A stretch of 63,247 nt of DNA, counting the filler, from Saprolegnia diclina VS20 (Eukaryota), in NCBI RefSeq assembly GCF_000281045.1. It is 3 parts of one record of this genome, joined end to end, with 100 filler letters (N's around TTAATTAATTAA, not from the genome) between each part and the next. Parts side by side here need not be neighbours in the genome. Positions count along the whole stretch, not along the records: positions 1 to 20,617 come from NW_008246071.1; positions 20,718 to 32,972 come from NW_008246071.1; 1 more part is not named here. The stretch is one strand, 5' to 3'. The notes under the pieces are model-generated. The model did not search any database and was not told where the DNA came from. It worked only from the letters and a program-made list of their open reading frames with translations. Positions 11,461-22,572 of the stretch are shown here, in pieces (position 1 is the first letter of the stretch; each line of letters begins with the position of its first letter). A program made the translations under genes and the position numbers.

Positions 11461-11738
11461 AGAAGAAGGAGATTGCTAGTCTCTACGTATGCGAAGTCTT
11501 TGTGCAATTATGAAGATAACGCGAAACACGTTCATATAATATCAGCCTCTTGGCGCTCCATTTCAAATTCAAAGCCCTCGACCCGAGCGCGATGCAGACC
11601 AGCCAATCATGCAGCTCTGCCGGTAAAATTTGGCCAATCCCATGAGAGAGAAGGCAATCCGACCGACGTATCCGGAGGGCACAATCGCATGCGATCCATT
11701 TGAAATCGTCAAAAACGAAACGGCGACGACCAGGGCAA

Positions 11739-12634
11739 ATGGCACGCTTCTTCACCGCCGACTGGCTGGAGCTCTCGGACGATGAGCAAGTACGTGCTTC
11801 TCTGACGCGACCACGGACTCATGGCGTCTACAGGAGGAGACTGAGCCCGAGCACCAGCGTCGTGGCGTCATGCAACATGAGGTAGGCCGCCGTCGCGACG
11901 ACCCATGACGCACTGTCCCGTACGACGACACGCCTTCATGTAGGGCCGGCGCCCGCCCGGCGAGGTGCAGAGCTTGCGTGGGCCTGCGCCAAGCGCCCGG
12001 AAGAAGATGCGTCGCGTGCCGCCGGCGCCGACGGACCGGAGTATGCGCAAAGACGGGCCGGCTCCCGCGGCGGGGCCGCTGCGGCCACAGCGTCTAGAAA
12101 GAGAGCGCACGGACGAGGAATATGCTGCATATCGTGCGCACATCAATGCAAAGACTGCGGTACGCTTCCATTCCTCATGCGTGTGTAGCCATGTCTGTGT
12201 CTGCGTAGAACACAAAGAGACTGAACGAGATCAAGAAACGTGAAAACCGTAGCCTCTGGGCCGCGCCGCTCGAGGTGCGATGCTAGACGATAGTATACAG
12301 TCGCCGCATGCGTCTTTGGTAGGAGCGCCCAGCGTTGCGCGAGTACCAGCGCACGTGGCCCTCGGTCGGCACCTACATCTGCGATTTGTTCCCCAACTCA
12401 AAGTGGGTCGACCCCGCCTCGGACGAGCACACGTGCGTTTGGTTATATCACGTGCAAGACGGTTGGATACAGTGCTGGACTAGGTGCAGCATCTGCTTTG
12501 ATTCCTACGAGCCAAACGACGTCGTCGTGCGCTTGCCGTGCGCGCACGTTTTCCATCGCCACTGCCTTCAAGGCTGGCTTCTCAACAAGGACAAATGCCC
12601 GATCTGCATTCGCCCGGTCCTCACTTACGATTAG
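11739..12634 (+). CDS. RING-H2 finger protein (multi-exon, internal structure approximate)
   Basis: C-terminal CSICFDSY..VVRLPCAHVFHRHCLQGWLLNKDKCPIC. ATG 11739 is preceded by CCAAT boxes. Confidence 0.8.
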
Positions 12635-13698
12635 TCGAGGACAATAGNNNNNNNNNNNNNNNNNNNNNNNNNNNNNNNNNNNNNNNNNNNNNNNNNNNNN
12701 NNNNNNNNNNNNNNNNNNNNNNNNNNNNNNNNNNNNNNNNNNNNNNNATGGTACGCGTGGGCACGCCGACCAGCCAAATGCATGGGACCGAATGGGTGTC
12801 GTGACCCTCGGCCATGGACACGCCTGTCTCCGTGACAGCGACCACGAAGCGTAGCCTCGGTGCAAAAGTTGTGATGACGCAGGGCAAGTGCGGCGTTGCT
12901 CAAGCGTTGCTGGGCTTGATGGACTCGGCGGCGCGAGCCCGATGCAATCGAGCTGTTCATGATGCAGTGCTCCACGCTGGCGAGCGAATAGGTTGCAAAG
13001 CCGGTGCTAAGGCAGCGAGGAACCACGACGGCTCGCGAGCCCAACAGGCGCGTTTGCGACCACTCTCGCGGGCGTCGTCGTGATGCGGTGCAGAACGCGT
13101 GACCTTCGTGAGCCGTACGCGGTGCATCGTGACGAGAACTGGCCCGAGCGCCTTGGATGACTTCGAGCCCATAGATACTCCGGAAGATGGACACCCTACA
13201 AAATACCTTCATGCCAACCACCATTGCGTAGAGGTGGGACGCGGGGCCGCTTCCCGCCGCGTGCGCTGGCGGCAGAAAGCGACCCGAGCACCTCTTCGTC
13301 GCTTGCTTGGACATCCAGTTCTTGAATGACTTTGAACACGAGCGAGCGCCATCTGCTGCGACCCATCGAATTGCATCTGGTCCAGGTAGACGCCTTTCAG
13401 CCGCCAATTGAAGGCAATCGTTGGAATGATATGCGTCGTCTCGGCATCGGACTGCGGCCAAGCAGGATCTAGCTCGGTTTTAGCAAATGGAGGACAGTCA
13501 AAGGAGTGTGCATCATGCTCAACGCGCGGTCATGGAGGCGATACTACCCGAAGCGATTCGTCGTCACCAAGCCGGAGACGACGCATCCTACTGGGCACCT
13601 CGTTGCGATGCGCGGGGAGCTGCTCGGGACCGTGCGCTGGGTGGTGCAGCTGGTGTCAGAGTAGCCATCGGAAGCTTCACGGCGCCACCCACCAACAA

Positions 13699-13842
13699 TG
13701 TGGCGTGCCGATCTCGCTCGTCGGCAGTGTCTAGAGATTCGTACGAGCCGATTCCTTCTCCTCGACACGTGCTATGCTACTATGACAAACTGACGACACG
13801 CGCAGCTTCAACGAACAACGACCATGTCGGCGACCATTTGGG
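13699..13842 (+). repeat. Second copy of the 582-733 repeat, within degenerate coding-like sequence
   Basis: Direct sequence match to 582-733. Confidence 0.85.
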
Positions 13843-14812
13843 CGTGCACAAGCGCGCTGACGTTGGTGTCATGGCACGTTTAGCGCTTGTTTCTAGTGTT
13901 TTCTGCTTTCTAACGCAACCTCCTTAAGCGTGCGCTTAAAAAACGCGAGCGTCTTTCAACAATGCACGCAGTAGCCATCGTCGTCTCTCCAACGCGGCGA
14001 AATGGACGCAACGCTCCTCCATTCTCAGACGCTGGAAAAGGAGGCGTTGCAACCACTGTCGTCAGAAATATGGCTTGCACCTCTGGCCCAGTCTCTCTGG
14101 CCCTTTTGCGGTGAAGTCGTTGTGTGGTGTGGCACGGATCTCGAGTTGGATCGTTCGAGTAGTTGGATGTCGAGGGTCGCGACCGCGATGACGCGACTAC
14201 GAGGTCTCTTGTGATGGCACTCGATGGCAAGGCGTGGCGCAGCTTCGACTGGTGGACTGAGGCCGCCCTCGCCAAAGCCCACGGCCTGGTGGCTCTGCAC
14301 GTTGATTGTCGCCGTTATTATAATAGCTTGGCCTCTTCCTGCGCGAGCGCAATGGACACGGACGGTCTACTTGTACTTTAACGCGTCTAATCAAGTCCAT
14401 GGCATCTGACTGCGACCCGAGCCAGACGTAGCTCGATACGGCGGCTTGTACTGGATGACATGGCAAACCCAAAGCTTCTGTTGTGTAGGATCGTCGAGAA
14501 AATGCAAAGATGGAGCTTGACGCCACTGCCTCCACCGCAACCGTGGACTAGTGAGCGAATGGCATTTGGCGATCACGCACGCAGTGCTCATAGACTTGGT
14601 TGCGAATGTCCATCCAGGTTTTGCACTCAAGATATGGTGGCTTTGCACATGCAGCGCAGGTGTAAACCATCTTCCTTCCGGCACGTGGCGGCCTTAGTCT
14701 TAAATTTGCTGCGAGAGCGCCACGCGAGGCGTAAAACATAGACGATGATAAAAACATGTATTGCATTACTTCATTACGCAAGCCAACTAGCCGAATTGGT
14801 GAAAGCAAGCAT

Positions 14813-16704
14813 TCAGGCGTCGTTGGGGCCGGGCGCCGCGGGCTCGTTGGCGATGTGCGTCGCTTGGACGTCCAGTGGCCGCGCCCACATGACTGTGCCG
14901 TCGTCACGGGCGTGCTGCACGACGCCGTCATAGTTGCCTTCGGGGTCTCCCTTTCGCACGAATTCGACAAACGTACGACTGAGCTCGTCCTTGTTGAACT
15001 GCAAGTCCTTCACTGCCGCCTTGAGGCCATTCAGCGCAGTCTCGAGGATGGGAACTAGGACACCAAGTCCTGGCACCACGTTCGCCACCGTTTTCGCCGC
15101 CTTCATGAACTTGACGCCGCACTCGCACGGGCCCAGAAGGCTGCAGATGAATTTGAGGCGCTCGCTAGACGGTGGCGTGATCGGCATCGGGTAAGTCTTG
15201 GATGCTTTGTCAAGGACAGGCAAACCCGTTCGCTCGTCGACAATGTAGAGAAACCCGCCGCATTCGCCGGCCAGGAACTTCTCCGACGACTCCTGAAGCA
15301 CGGGATTGTTGGGGTCGATGCGGTGCTCGGTAAATATGAACGACGTCGGCATCTCAAGGCGCTTGGACTATAAAATGTACATGAGACATTGATGAGCTCA
15401 AAGTGGACGCACCTCGAGAATCGTTTTCGCTGTCGCACGACGCGCGGCCTCGAGCTCCTGGGAAACGCCGTCCAGGCGCTCGAGTATAGCGGTGCGCGAC
15501 TCGATGTTGGCGGCGCGCGACGCGACGTCGGCGGCTTGTAATTGGTCGCTCAAGTCGGCCAAACTATGGCGGATCGCAGCAATGTCGACCTTGGCCTCGT
15601 TATCGGCCAACGAAGCCTTCATGTCGGCCAAAAAGGTTCTGAGAATGTCCGTGGCAGCGTCTTGCTGCACGTCATTGTTGCTGTTGGGGCGCTCGTCGAG
15701 CGCGACGCGCTCGATATGCTCCTCAATGCCGCCGCCGTCGACCCGGCGACGAATCGCTTGGACTTCCTTGTTCATGCGATTGAATCGAGCCTGGACTTCC
15801 TTGTCCATGCGATTGATTCGAGCGTCGATGCAGGCCAGGATCTTCTTTTCGGACGCCATCATGGCCGTCTGCAGAGTGTCCAGAGTCGCTGGCGCCGGAA
15901 GCGCTGGTGCGGGAGTCGGCGGTACCGAGGCACGCACGCTCATCGGCACAGGACTGCGCGCCGACAGCGGCATGTTGATTTCTTGTGAAGACTCACTCGA
16001 CCCCGTACTCTGCGAGAGCGGCAAGGGGCCGGGCAGATCGTCGTCGAGGTAGCTTGGCACGGCCTCCCGATGAGGCGGCGGCATCGACTGAGGCGTGCGT
16101 GTCGTGGCTCTGATTGGCGTCCGCGGCGGCAGTGACTGAGGCGTCGCGGCTCTCATCGGCGTTGGCGGGGTCGAGTTGACTTGATGCGCGTGCGTCGCCC
16201 CTGCCATCGGCGCGACCGCAGGGCCGGGCGATTCAAAAGACTGCGGCATCGGTGCAGCCGACTTGATGGGCGCGTCCAAGTCCATGATGAGCGTCTTCTG
16301 GGGCGTTCGAAGGGCTCTCTTGGGCTTCGAGTCGTCCTTCGACGCGACGAAGGGCTTGGAGGACGCGGCCGCGGCCGTGGAGCGCGCCGCTGGGGCCGTG
16401 GAGGCTTCGGATGACGCAGAGTTCATGCCCTTCAGGCGCTTGTTCTTGTTAATCTCCCGCACCCTACATGAAGAGAAGATGTTGTCAGTAGTGCGACCAA
16501 GAGAGCCGGCCATACTGTTGGGCAAGTGCTTCACTATCGTCTTTGATCGAGCGACGGACGGTGTCCAGGGCCTCAATGGCTTCGGCTTGCCCAAGAGTCT
16601 TCAAGTGGGCCTCCAACGTTCGCCATGCAGCCGACTGTCGGGCACTGAGCTTGTCTCCGCGCACAACCCAGGTGCCGTCATGTGAAGAGCCAAGGATGCC
16701 GACC
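14813..16704 (-). pseudogene. Uncharacterised coiled-coil family, copy C (most complete, 5' end cut off by a hAT element)
   Basis: Reads HDGTWVVRGDKLSARQSAAWRTLEAHLKTL (homologous to B's N-terminus). Its first intron is at the same position as in B, followed by the linker, coiled coil, intron 15368-15412 and the C-terminal PTSFI..FLYIVDERTGLPV..YPMPI..DPEGNYDGV..DGTVMW module. Homology stops at 16704. Confidence 0.8.
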
Positions 16705-17442
16705 TAGCCGTTATAACGCAATAACGTTACGTTACTAACCTGTTACTAACCCTGTTATGTTAATGCCTCGAAATCCTATAACGTAACAGGCCATGACGCT
16801 TAGCAGGCACGCAGCGTACCCAGCCCATACGTGCTTCCTGGAACACTCTCTGCACACTAAGCACATCAACACCGCAATCATATATGCGCATATGTGTTAT
16901 AAATCGCCTAGTACAAAGCCGACCCACGACATGGGGATGTTGGCATCGACCGTGACATCGAGGAGCAGGCGGTGGAAGGTCTCGACTTCATGCCGAGAGA
17001 GATCGCGGTCAAAGTAAGGCGAAATCTTGGAGTCGACTAGCGGACGGGTTTTGATGGGCGCCGCTGCAACATGCTCGACGTGTGGGCGAATCGAGGTACG
17101 AGGCTGTTCGTGCTCTTCTCGCGCGGTCTGCTCGGCGTCCGCGCGCTCTTCTTGTCGTACACGTTGTCGATCGAGCTGGGCAGCGATGTGACGGCACTCC
17201 TCGACGTGCTTGGCCATCTTCGCCGGCCGGGATTCAAGCGTTTCGGGCTCCGACACGGCGCCGTACCCATCCAAGCCCATGTTCTGGTAGGCTTCAATAC
17301 ATGCCTTGCACCGGATCTTCCACCACTGGTGGTTGCGCGGCAAATCGTGCTGCTTCTCGAAGTACCGCCAGTTATCGTGCCTCCGCTTGGTCATGGCGCA
17401 TGCACCACCAGAACTTGGTACTGTAAAACACAGGTGACAACT
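16705..17442 (-). mobile_element. Truncated hAT-like DNA transposon (BED-finger and N-terminal transposase fragment 16897-17394)
   Basis: WRYFEK...IRCKAC...KHVEEC BED-like finger, then FHRLLLDVTVDANIPMSWV. The end TAGCCGTTATAACG is followed by TAACG/GTTAC/TAACC subterminal repeats (16705-16790). The other end is not visible. Confidence 0.7.
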
Positions 17443-17754
17443 TGTCACGCCACCAACACATTTGAAAATTGTATTGGCCTCCGCCATGACAAAAAATAAT
17501 TACACCAGCATGCAAACAACAAGTATAGGAGAGAGAGACCAATCAGGTAAGAGGCAAAATGGAAACTAGAACTAGCTGACTGTTGGAGCCCTGGCCACAG
17601 GCTCCTGTACAGTCCCATCCCAACGGTCTTCCCGTAGGACGATCTACTGATAGATTGATACAAACACATAGCCTTGTCTCAACCTAGTGGTTCGAGAGCT
17701 GTGTGGATATGAATATCCAGTGCTCAACCACTGTTTGAGGCATCTACTGCCACA
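17443..17754 (-). mobile_element. Putative 3' LTR of a Gypsy element
   Basis: On the minus strand a polypurine tract GGGAGAGGGG is followed by TT and then TGTGGC...GTGACA (TG...CA ends). No second LTR is present to confirm it. Confidence 0.65.
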
Positions 17755-19034
17755 AACCCCTCTCCCAAAGGATTTACAGGACAGCTTAGCCCAAATCCCA
17801 AAGAATCAAAGACCGCAAAAACAGACCCCGGAGAATCGCCGTCAGATTCTGTTTTTGATCTGGTCTAAGATCTTCAAGAGTCACCATCGCACGGCCCGGA
17901 GGATCGCCGGGATCACGTACTAGGTTGCTTCTCTTGGTAGTCCGCACGTCACGACCATCGTCGTGTCGACGCTGCAGACCGTTCTTCTAGTTGCTTGAGC
18001 TCTTCATCCCGCGCTCGGGGGTCTGCGACTTGCTCCGCAAACTGTCGAGCAACCGCAGGGGCATCCGTCGCGATCGACGAGAACAGCTCCCACGATGCTT
18101 CGATGTCTTCCAGGCCTTCCCATAGGCAGAGGATCTCCCACGCTCGGGCACTTTGGTTGAGCCGTACTGCCTTGATCTCACGGATCTTCAAAAGCACGCC
18201 CTGCTCGGACACATGCTCGCGGATCTCTTGCGTGAGCTCAAAGCTGCCTTCGGCGTACGGCTTGAGGCGGCTCGTATGTGCATGGCGCTCTTTACCCGAG
18301 AGGAAATGACGGATGACGCACGAGTACGGCGTCACTTCCGTAATCTGGAACGGGCCGAGCCAAGTGACGAGCCGAGCAGCTTCGGATACTTCATCTTGTC
18401 CACTCGCGACCAGAGTACGTAGTCACCAACGTTGGCGACAAACTCTTCTTGGTGCGTCTTCGCCGCGGTTTCCCGCACTAGGCGTTGTTGGAAGGAGCTG
18501 GCCGAGACCAGAGGCTCGGAGGCGACTCAACTTGGTCTTCTTCTTGTCACCGCCCCCGTTGCCTTCGTTGCCGCCTTGTTTGCTGCCGTCGCCGCCTCCG
18601 CCACGACGACCGCTCTTCCAATCCTTCTTGACGGCAATCGCCTTCTGCTTGGCGTTCGAACTCGGGCAGTCCCGCAATTTGTGCTTCTTGCTGCCGCAGT
18701 GCCAGCACGGTCGTTCCATCGTTCTTGCGTTCTTGTTGCACTGGAGGCTTGTTGTCCTTCTGCTTGAACTTGCGCTTCTTCTTCCCGCGCGCACCTTGCT
18801 GCTCCTCGTGCGACGGTTTCTCGTCTTCGTCGGACGACTCCTTGTCACGAGGACGCTTCGTCTTGGGGCTCCACGACTTGTAAAAAAATGCCCGCTTGAG
18901 GATGATCTTCTCAAGGTGCTGAAGGCCAGCTTGCTTGTTGACAGCCAGCTTCTCTCGGAGCAGCTGCATCACGTCCGTCTGAAGCTCTTGAGGACGGAGC
19001 TGTTGAATGAGCGCCTTGAAGATATTGGCCTTGA
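17755..19034 (-). mobile_element. Internally deleted Ty3/Gypsy chromodomain-bearing retrotransposon
   Basis: Gag with zinc knuckle CWHCGSKKHKLRDC joins directly to an integrase C-terminus (VGDYVLWSR..KLL/VTWLGPFQITEV..H.SRLKPY) and a chromodomain (WEILCLWEGLEDIEASWE). PR, RT, RH and the IN core are absent, and frameshifts are present. Confidence 0.88.
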
Positions 19035-19170
19035 GAGCATCTCCAACGCGCCACCGCTATAGCTATAGCTAAACGCGTTATAACCGACCTTTCTCATATT
19101 ATAGCGGTGTGCTAAACGATGTGCTCCAATGGGAGTTGCATCGATAGCTATCGCTATCGCTACGGATTGG
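19035..19170. mobile_element. Left end of a PIF/Harbinger (Tourist-like) element interrupting gag
   Basis: GAGCATCTCCAACG shares its first 11 nt with the TIR at 20812, sits exactly where gag homology stops, and is followed by CTATAG/GCTATC repeats. No right end was found. Confidence 0.5.
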
Positions 19171-19479
19171 CTGACAGCGCACCAGTCCACTTAGCGGGAG
19201 TGAAAAACGCAGCGCACGGAAGAGAACGCTCGGCGCATGATCGAGAGAAGCGGAGGCCGCTCGGAGGAGCGTGGCGGAAAGAGTGAGGACTGGAAGAGCA
19301 GGCAGGAGAAGCGCGGGCGCCGGGAGGGGCAAGGAGTGCTGGCGCTGCCGATGAACTACGACCTCCACCTACGTATACATGTATGCGCAGCGCTGGGCCT
19401 AGAGTGTCGGCATGCAGCGTCCAATCTACGCGCGACCACGGCGGATTGAGGCTTCGATGTTGAGTATCGACGACCGACG

Positions 19480-20555
19480 AAGGGACCTTGAGGAATTTGA
19501 CGCCAAACGTGCAAGGGCCCAGAATGCTGCTGATGAAGTTGAGATGGTCCCGCGAGATCGCGAGCGGGTACAAGTGGTGGCCTACCAGTGAGGACGTCGC
19601 TCTCAAGGTATTCGCGGACGTCCTCGTGGTCATCCAGCTTTCTGGCTCGGACGATGACGCCGATCTGGAGTTCACCAAGCGATCTTTGTGGGGACGACGC
19701 TGCTCTGTGAAACTTCCATCTCACGTAGCGGGGGAAATGACTTCGCGTCCGAGCTCCAGGCCGATCAAAGCCAAGGCTTGTTGGAGAATGTCGACTTCGT
19801 GCAGCTCTATCGACTCTGCAGCGTGTGACAACGCCAACTTCACGGCGACGAGGCCGCTCTGTCAACGCAGCGCCGTATATGATTATAAGCCTAACTGACA
19901 GCTCGACTAGCGCCGCCACCGTTGCGTGATCCGCCTCATATCCACAGACAAGTGAGTGGGTTTTGGGTCGATACATACATTGGTTTTCGTTGACAGTTTA
20001 CTGGGGCACGAGAGNNNNNNNNNNNNNNNNNNNNNNNNNNNNNNNNNNNNNNNNNNNNNNNNNNNNNNNNNNNNNNNNNNNNNNNNNNNNNNNNNNNNNN
20101 NNNNNNNNNNNNNNGTTGTTGCATTTTTAATATACTCGTACCGGTGCCCTCACGACCGCGCTCGAGGCGGTGACGTGCCAGATCGACAACTTGGTGCTCC
20201 CGCTCTTCTACTTGGCAACGTGCTGCATCACGCAAGCGTACCTACATGTGTAAATCACTGTTAAGACAACGTGGGTGTACTCTGAGATATGTACACCAAG
20301 AGCATAGACGAACACCTTGCCAACGTTGCGTGCACGTGTTTATGAAGAGTTTGCGAAGGTTTCAAAGCGCGGTGATGGCGTCATCAAGGGTCCAGGTAGG
20401 CCTGGACGGGCGCCCATGCAGAGGCTGCGTCCTCGTTGATCCAACAGTGGCCGTTGTCATCTTGCTGCCATTGCTTGGAGACCTTGATCAGCTCGGCTCG
20501 CGGAATGTGCTGTCGACAAAGACAGGGAAAACGATCTCTAAGCTGCGCGTTAGCT
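19480..20555 (-). pseudogene. Uncharacterised family, copy D (highly degenerate, spans a gap)
   Basis: About 20555-20340 reads LTRSLEIVFPVFVDS/IPRAELIKVSKQWQQDDNGHCW..AASAWAPVQAYL, versus B's LAQATEIVLDAFINTNVPRAILKEV..EDANGHW..AAAWTPLRDHL. About 19575-19485 reads YPLAISRDHLNFISSILGPCTFGVKFLK, versus C's YPMPI..ERLKFICSLLGPCECGVKFMK. That the two pieces belong to one copy is inferred. Confidence 0.7.
20149..20260 (+). repeat. Inverted duplicate of most of the last dolichol kinase exon (2536-2647)
   Basis: 112-bp reverse-complement match with one mismatch seen, including the stop codon. Confidence 0.92.
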
Positions 20556-20811
20556 AATCATGCCAACTCTCAAAGGACGAGACGTGTCGACAGTGAGCAG
20601 CAGGGTGCCACATTTACNNNNNNNNNNNNNNNNNNNNNNNNNNNNNNNNNNNNNNNNNNNNTTAATTAATTAANNNNNNNNNNNNNNNNNNNNNNNNNNN
20701 NNNNNNNNNNNNNNNNNAGGTCTCATGGAGATATATGTGCGTTGGATTGCTATCAAGGGACATAGTTCCGGTAGTGATACACATGCAATTCGCCGTGAGA
20801 TGGCGTCATAA

Positions 20812-21879
20812 GAGCATCTCCACCGGTTCCCTGTATCCCACACTGGCTCTGGTTTTTTTTACCGGTTGATTTCGCCCTGTATATGCGATACAGAGCAAGA
20901 TAAAACAAAACGCCCCACCAGTCGCCCTGTAAAAAGATGCCGGGAGTCGCGATTTGTATGGCGTCGATAACTTCGAACTTCGTCTTAAATTCGATTTTGT
21001 ATTTATTTTTTGACTAGTATACAAAACATAAGTCATTCGCGATTTTACCGGTAAAAAGCCAGGGTGCCCGGGCGCCCAGGAGGTGACCGATTCGTTTCGA
21101 TGAGGTCACTTCGAGGCAGCGGATTGGCTAGTTCGTGTGTCCCGAGAGCGAAGTAATGCTGCACGACCCATCCAAGCACGTTGGTCGATCTGTGGCTTCA
21201 TAGACGATAGTTAGCGCATTTTTAGCTAGAGGCGCGAGGAGACCGTATCATTACCTTTAATTTGGTGCCTTTTGCAGCTCTAAACTCGCCAAAATGAAGA
21301 AACTATGCTTGGGGAACCGCTGCCACAGCCTGTCACGGGTCAGAAATATCTTGGTTATAGTATGCTTCTCAACCGGACAATCGATGATATGGTGTCCGGT
21401 TGAGAAGCATACTATAACCAAGATATTTCTGACCCGTGACAGGCTGTGGCAGCGGTTCCCCAAGCATAGTTTCTTCATTTTGGCGAGTTTAGAGCTGCAG
21501 AAGGCACCAAATTAAAGGTAATGATACGGTCTCCTCGCGCCTCTAGCTAAAAATGCGCTAACTATCGTCTATGAAGCCACAGATCGACCAACGTGCTTGG
21601 ATGGGTCGTGCAGCATTACTTCGCTCTCGGGACACGCACGAACTAGCCAATCCGCTGCCTCGAAGGGACCTCAACGAAACGAATCGGTCACCTCCTCGGG
21701 CGCCCTGTATCGGGCGCCAGGATACAGGGCGCTCGGCCAATTTTTGCTCCACCCGGTAAAAATTATACAGATACAGGGCGATTTACAGGGACCGGTGGGG
21801 CATTTCCCCGGTAAATTTTTTACAAATTTGGAAATTTTACAGAGCCAGTGTAGGATAGCGCGGACCGGTGGAGAAGCTC
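20812..21879. mobile_element. Non-autonomous PIF/Harbinger (Tourist-like) MITE, 1068 bp
   Basis: TIRs GAGCATCTCCACCGGT...ACCGGTGGAGAAGCTC extend imperfectly to about 39 bp. TAA target-site duplication at 20809-20811 and 21880-21882. Subterminal ACCGGT and GATACAGGG repeats. Confidence 0.88.
21070..21705. repeat. Near-perfect palindrome inside the MITE (arms 21070-21379 and 21393-21705, 13-nt spacer)
   Basis: Direct reverse-complement match with a few substitutions and two small indels. Mirror ORFs 21257..21478(-) and 21294..21515(+). Confidence 0.95.
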
Positions 21880-22572
21880 TAAGTGCACTACTAGGTTGCA
21901 GTGTCGAGCACACATTTCAACCTGACAGGAAATGGTGCTTGTGAAGCCCGAGAAATCGACCATATTTATTAAAAAGTGCCTTCTTGCAGTCTATCGTAAC
22001 CGATTGCTACCAAATACGAAGACAACGATGCTCCACTCGTCTGTGCACTTCGCGTCTAGACAGGCTCNNNNNNNNNNNNNNNNNNNNNNNNNNNNNNNNN
22101 NNNNNNNNNNNNNNNNNNNNNNNNNNNNNNNNNNNNNNNNNNNNNNNNNNNNNNNNNNNNNNNNNNNTTCTTGCAGTCTATCGTAACCGATTGCTACCAA
22201 ATACGAAGACAACGATGCTCCACTCGTCTGTGCACTTCGCGTCTAGACAGGCTCGCGGCTAATGCGCGGAGCCTAGATTATGCTGGAGCAGAGCGACGAG
22301 CGCGGTCAGCTTAGACCTGAGCGCGACCTATGGGAGTGCGCAGATAAGCGAGGGACATTCGCGGGCGCCGCCATGCACTCGATGATCGCAACGTGATGCT
22401 GGTGACGTCGAGCGCCGATGCTCGTGTGGCACGATGTGACTCATCATCGTGCGTGGAAATCAAAGCGCGCAAACGATCGCATGCTGCTCAAGGTTTCATT
22501 GGGCGAAATTAAACCGAAATAGGCTAATCAGGATCCACGTCTGTACATTTTAGCCAATCAAAACTATGGACG

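Noticed and set aside
12748..14750. Coding-like fragments (possible transposase or F-box/LRR relics)
   Set aside because: Too degenerate to assign a family without a search.
20618..20717. TTAATTAATTAA embedded in N runs (also 32973-33072)
   Set aside because: Identical all-frame-stop linker centred in 100-nt gaps, so an assembly convention rather than biology.
21257..21515. Mirror 73-aa ORFs
   Set aside because: By-products of the palindrome with no coding signature.
21981..22254. 87-bp direct repeat (21981-22067 and 22168-22254)
   Set aside because: Exactly flanks an N-gap and is most likely an unmerged contig overlap.
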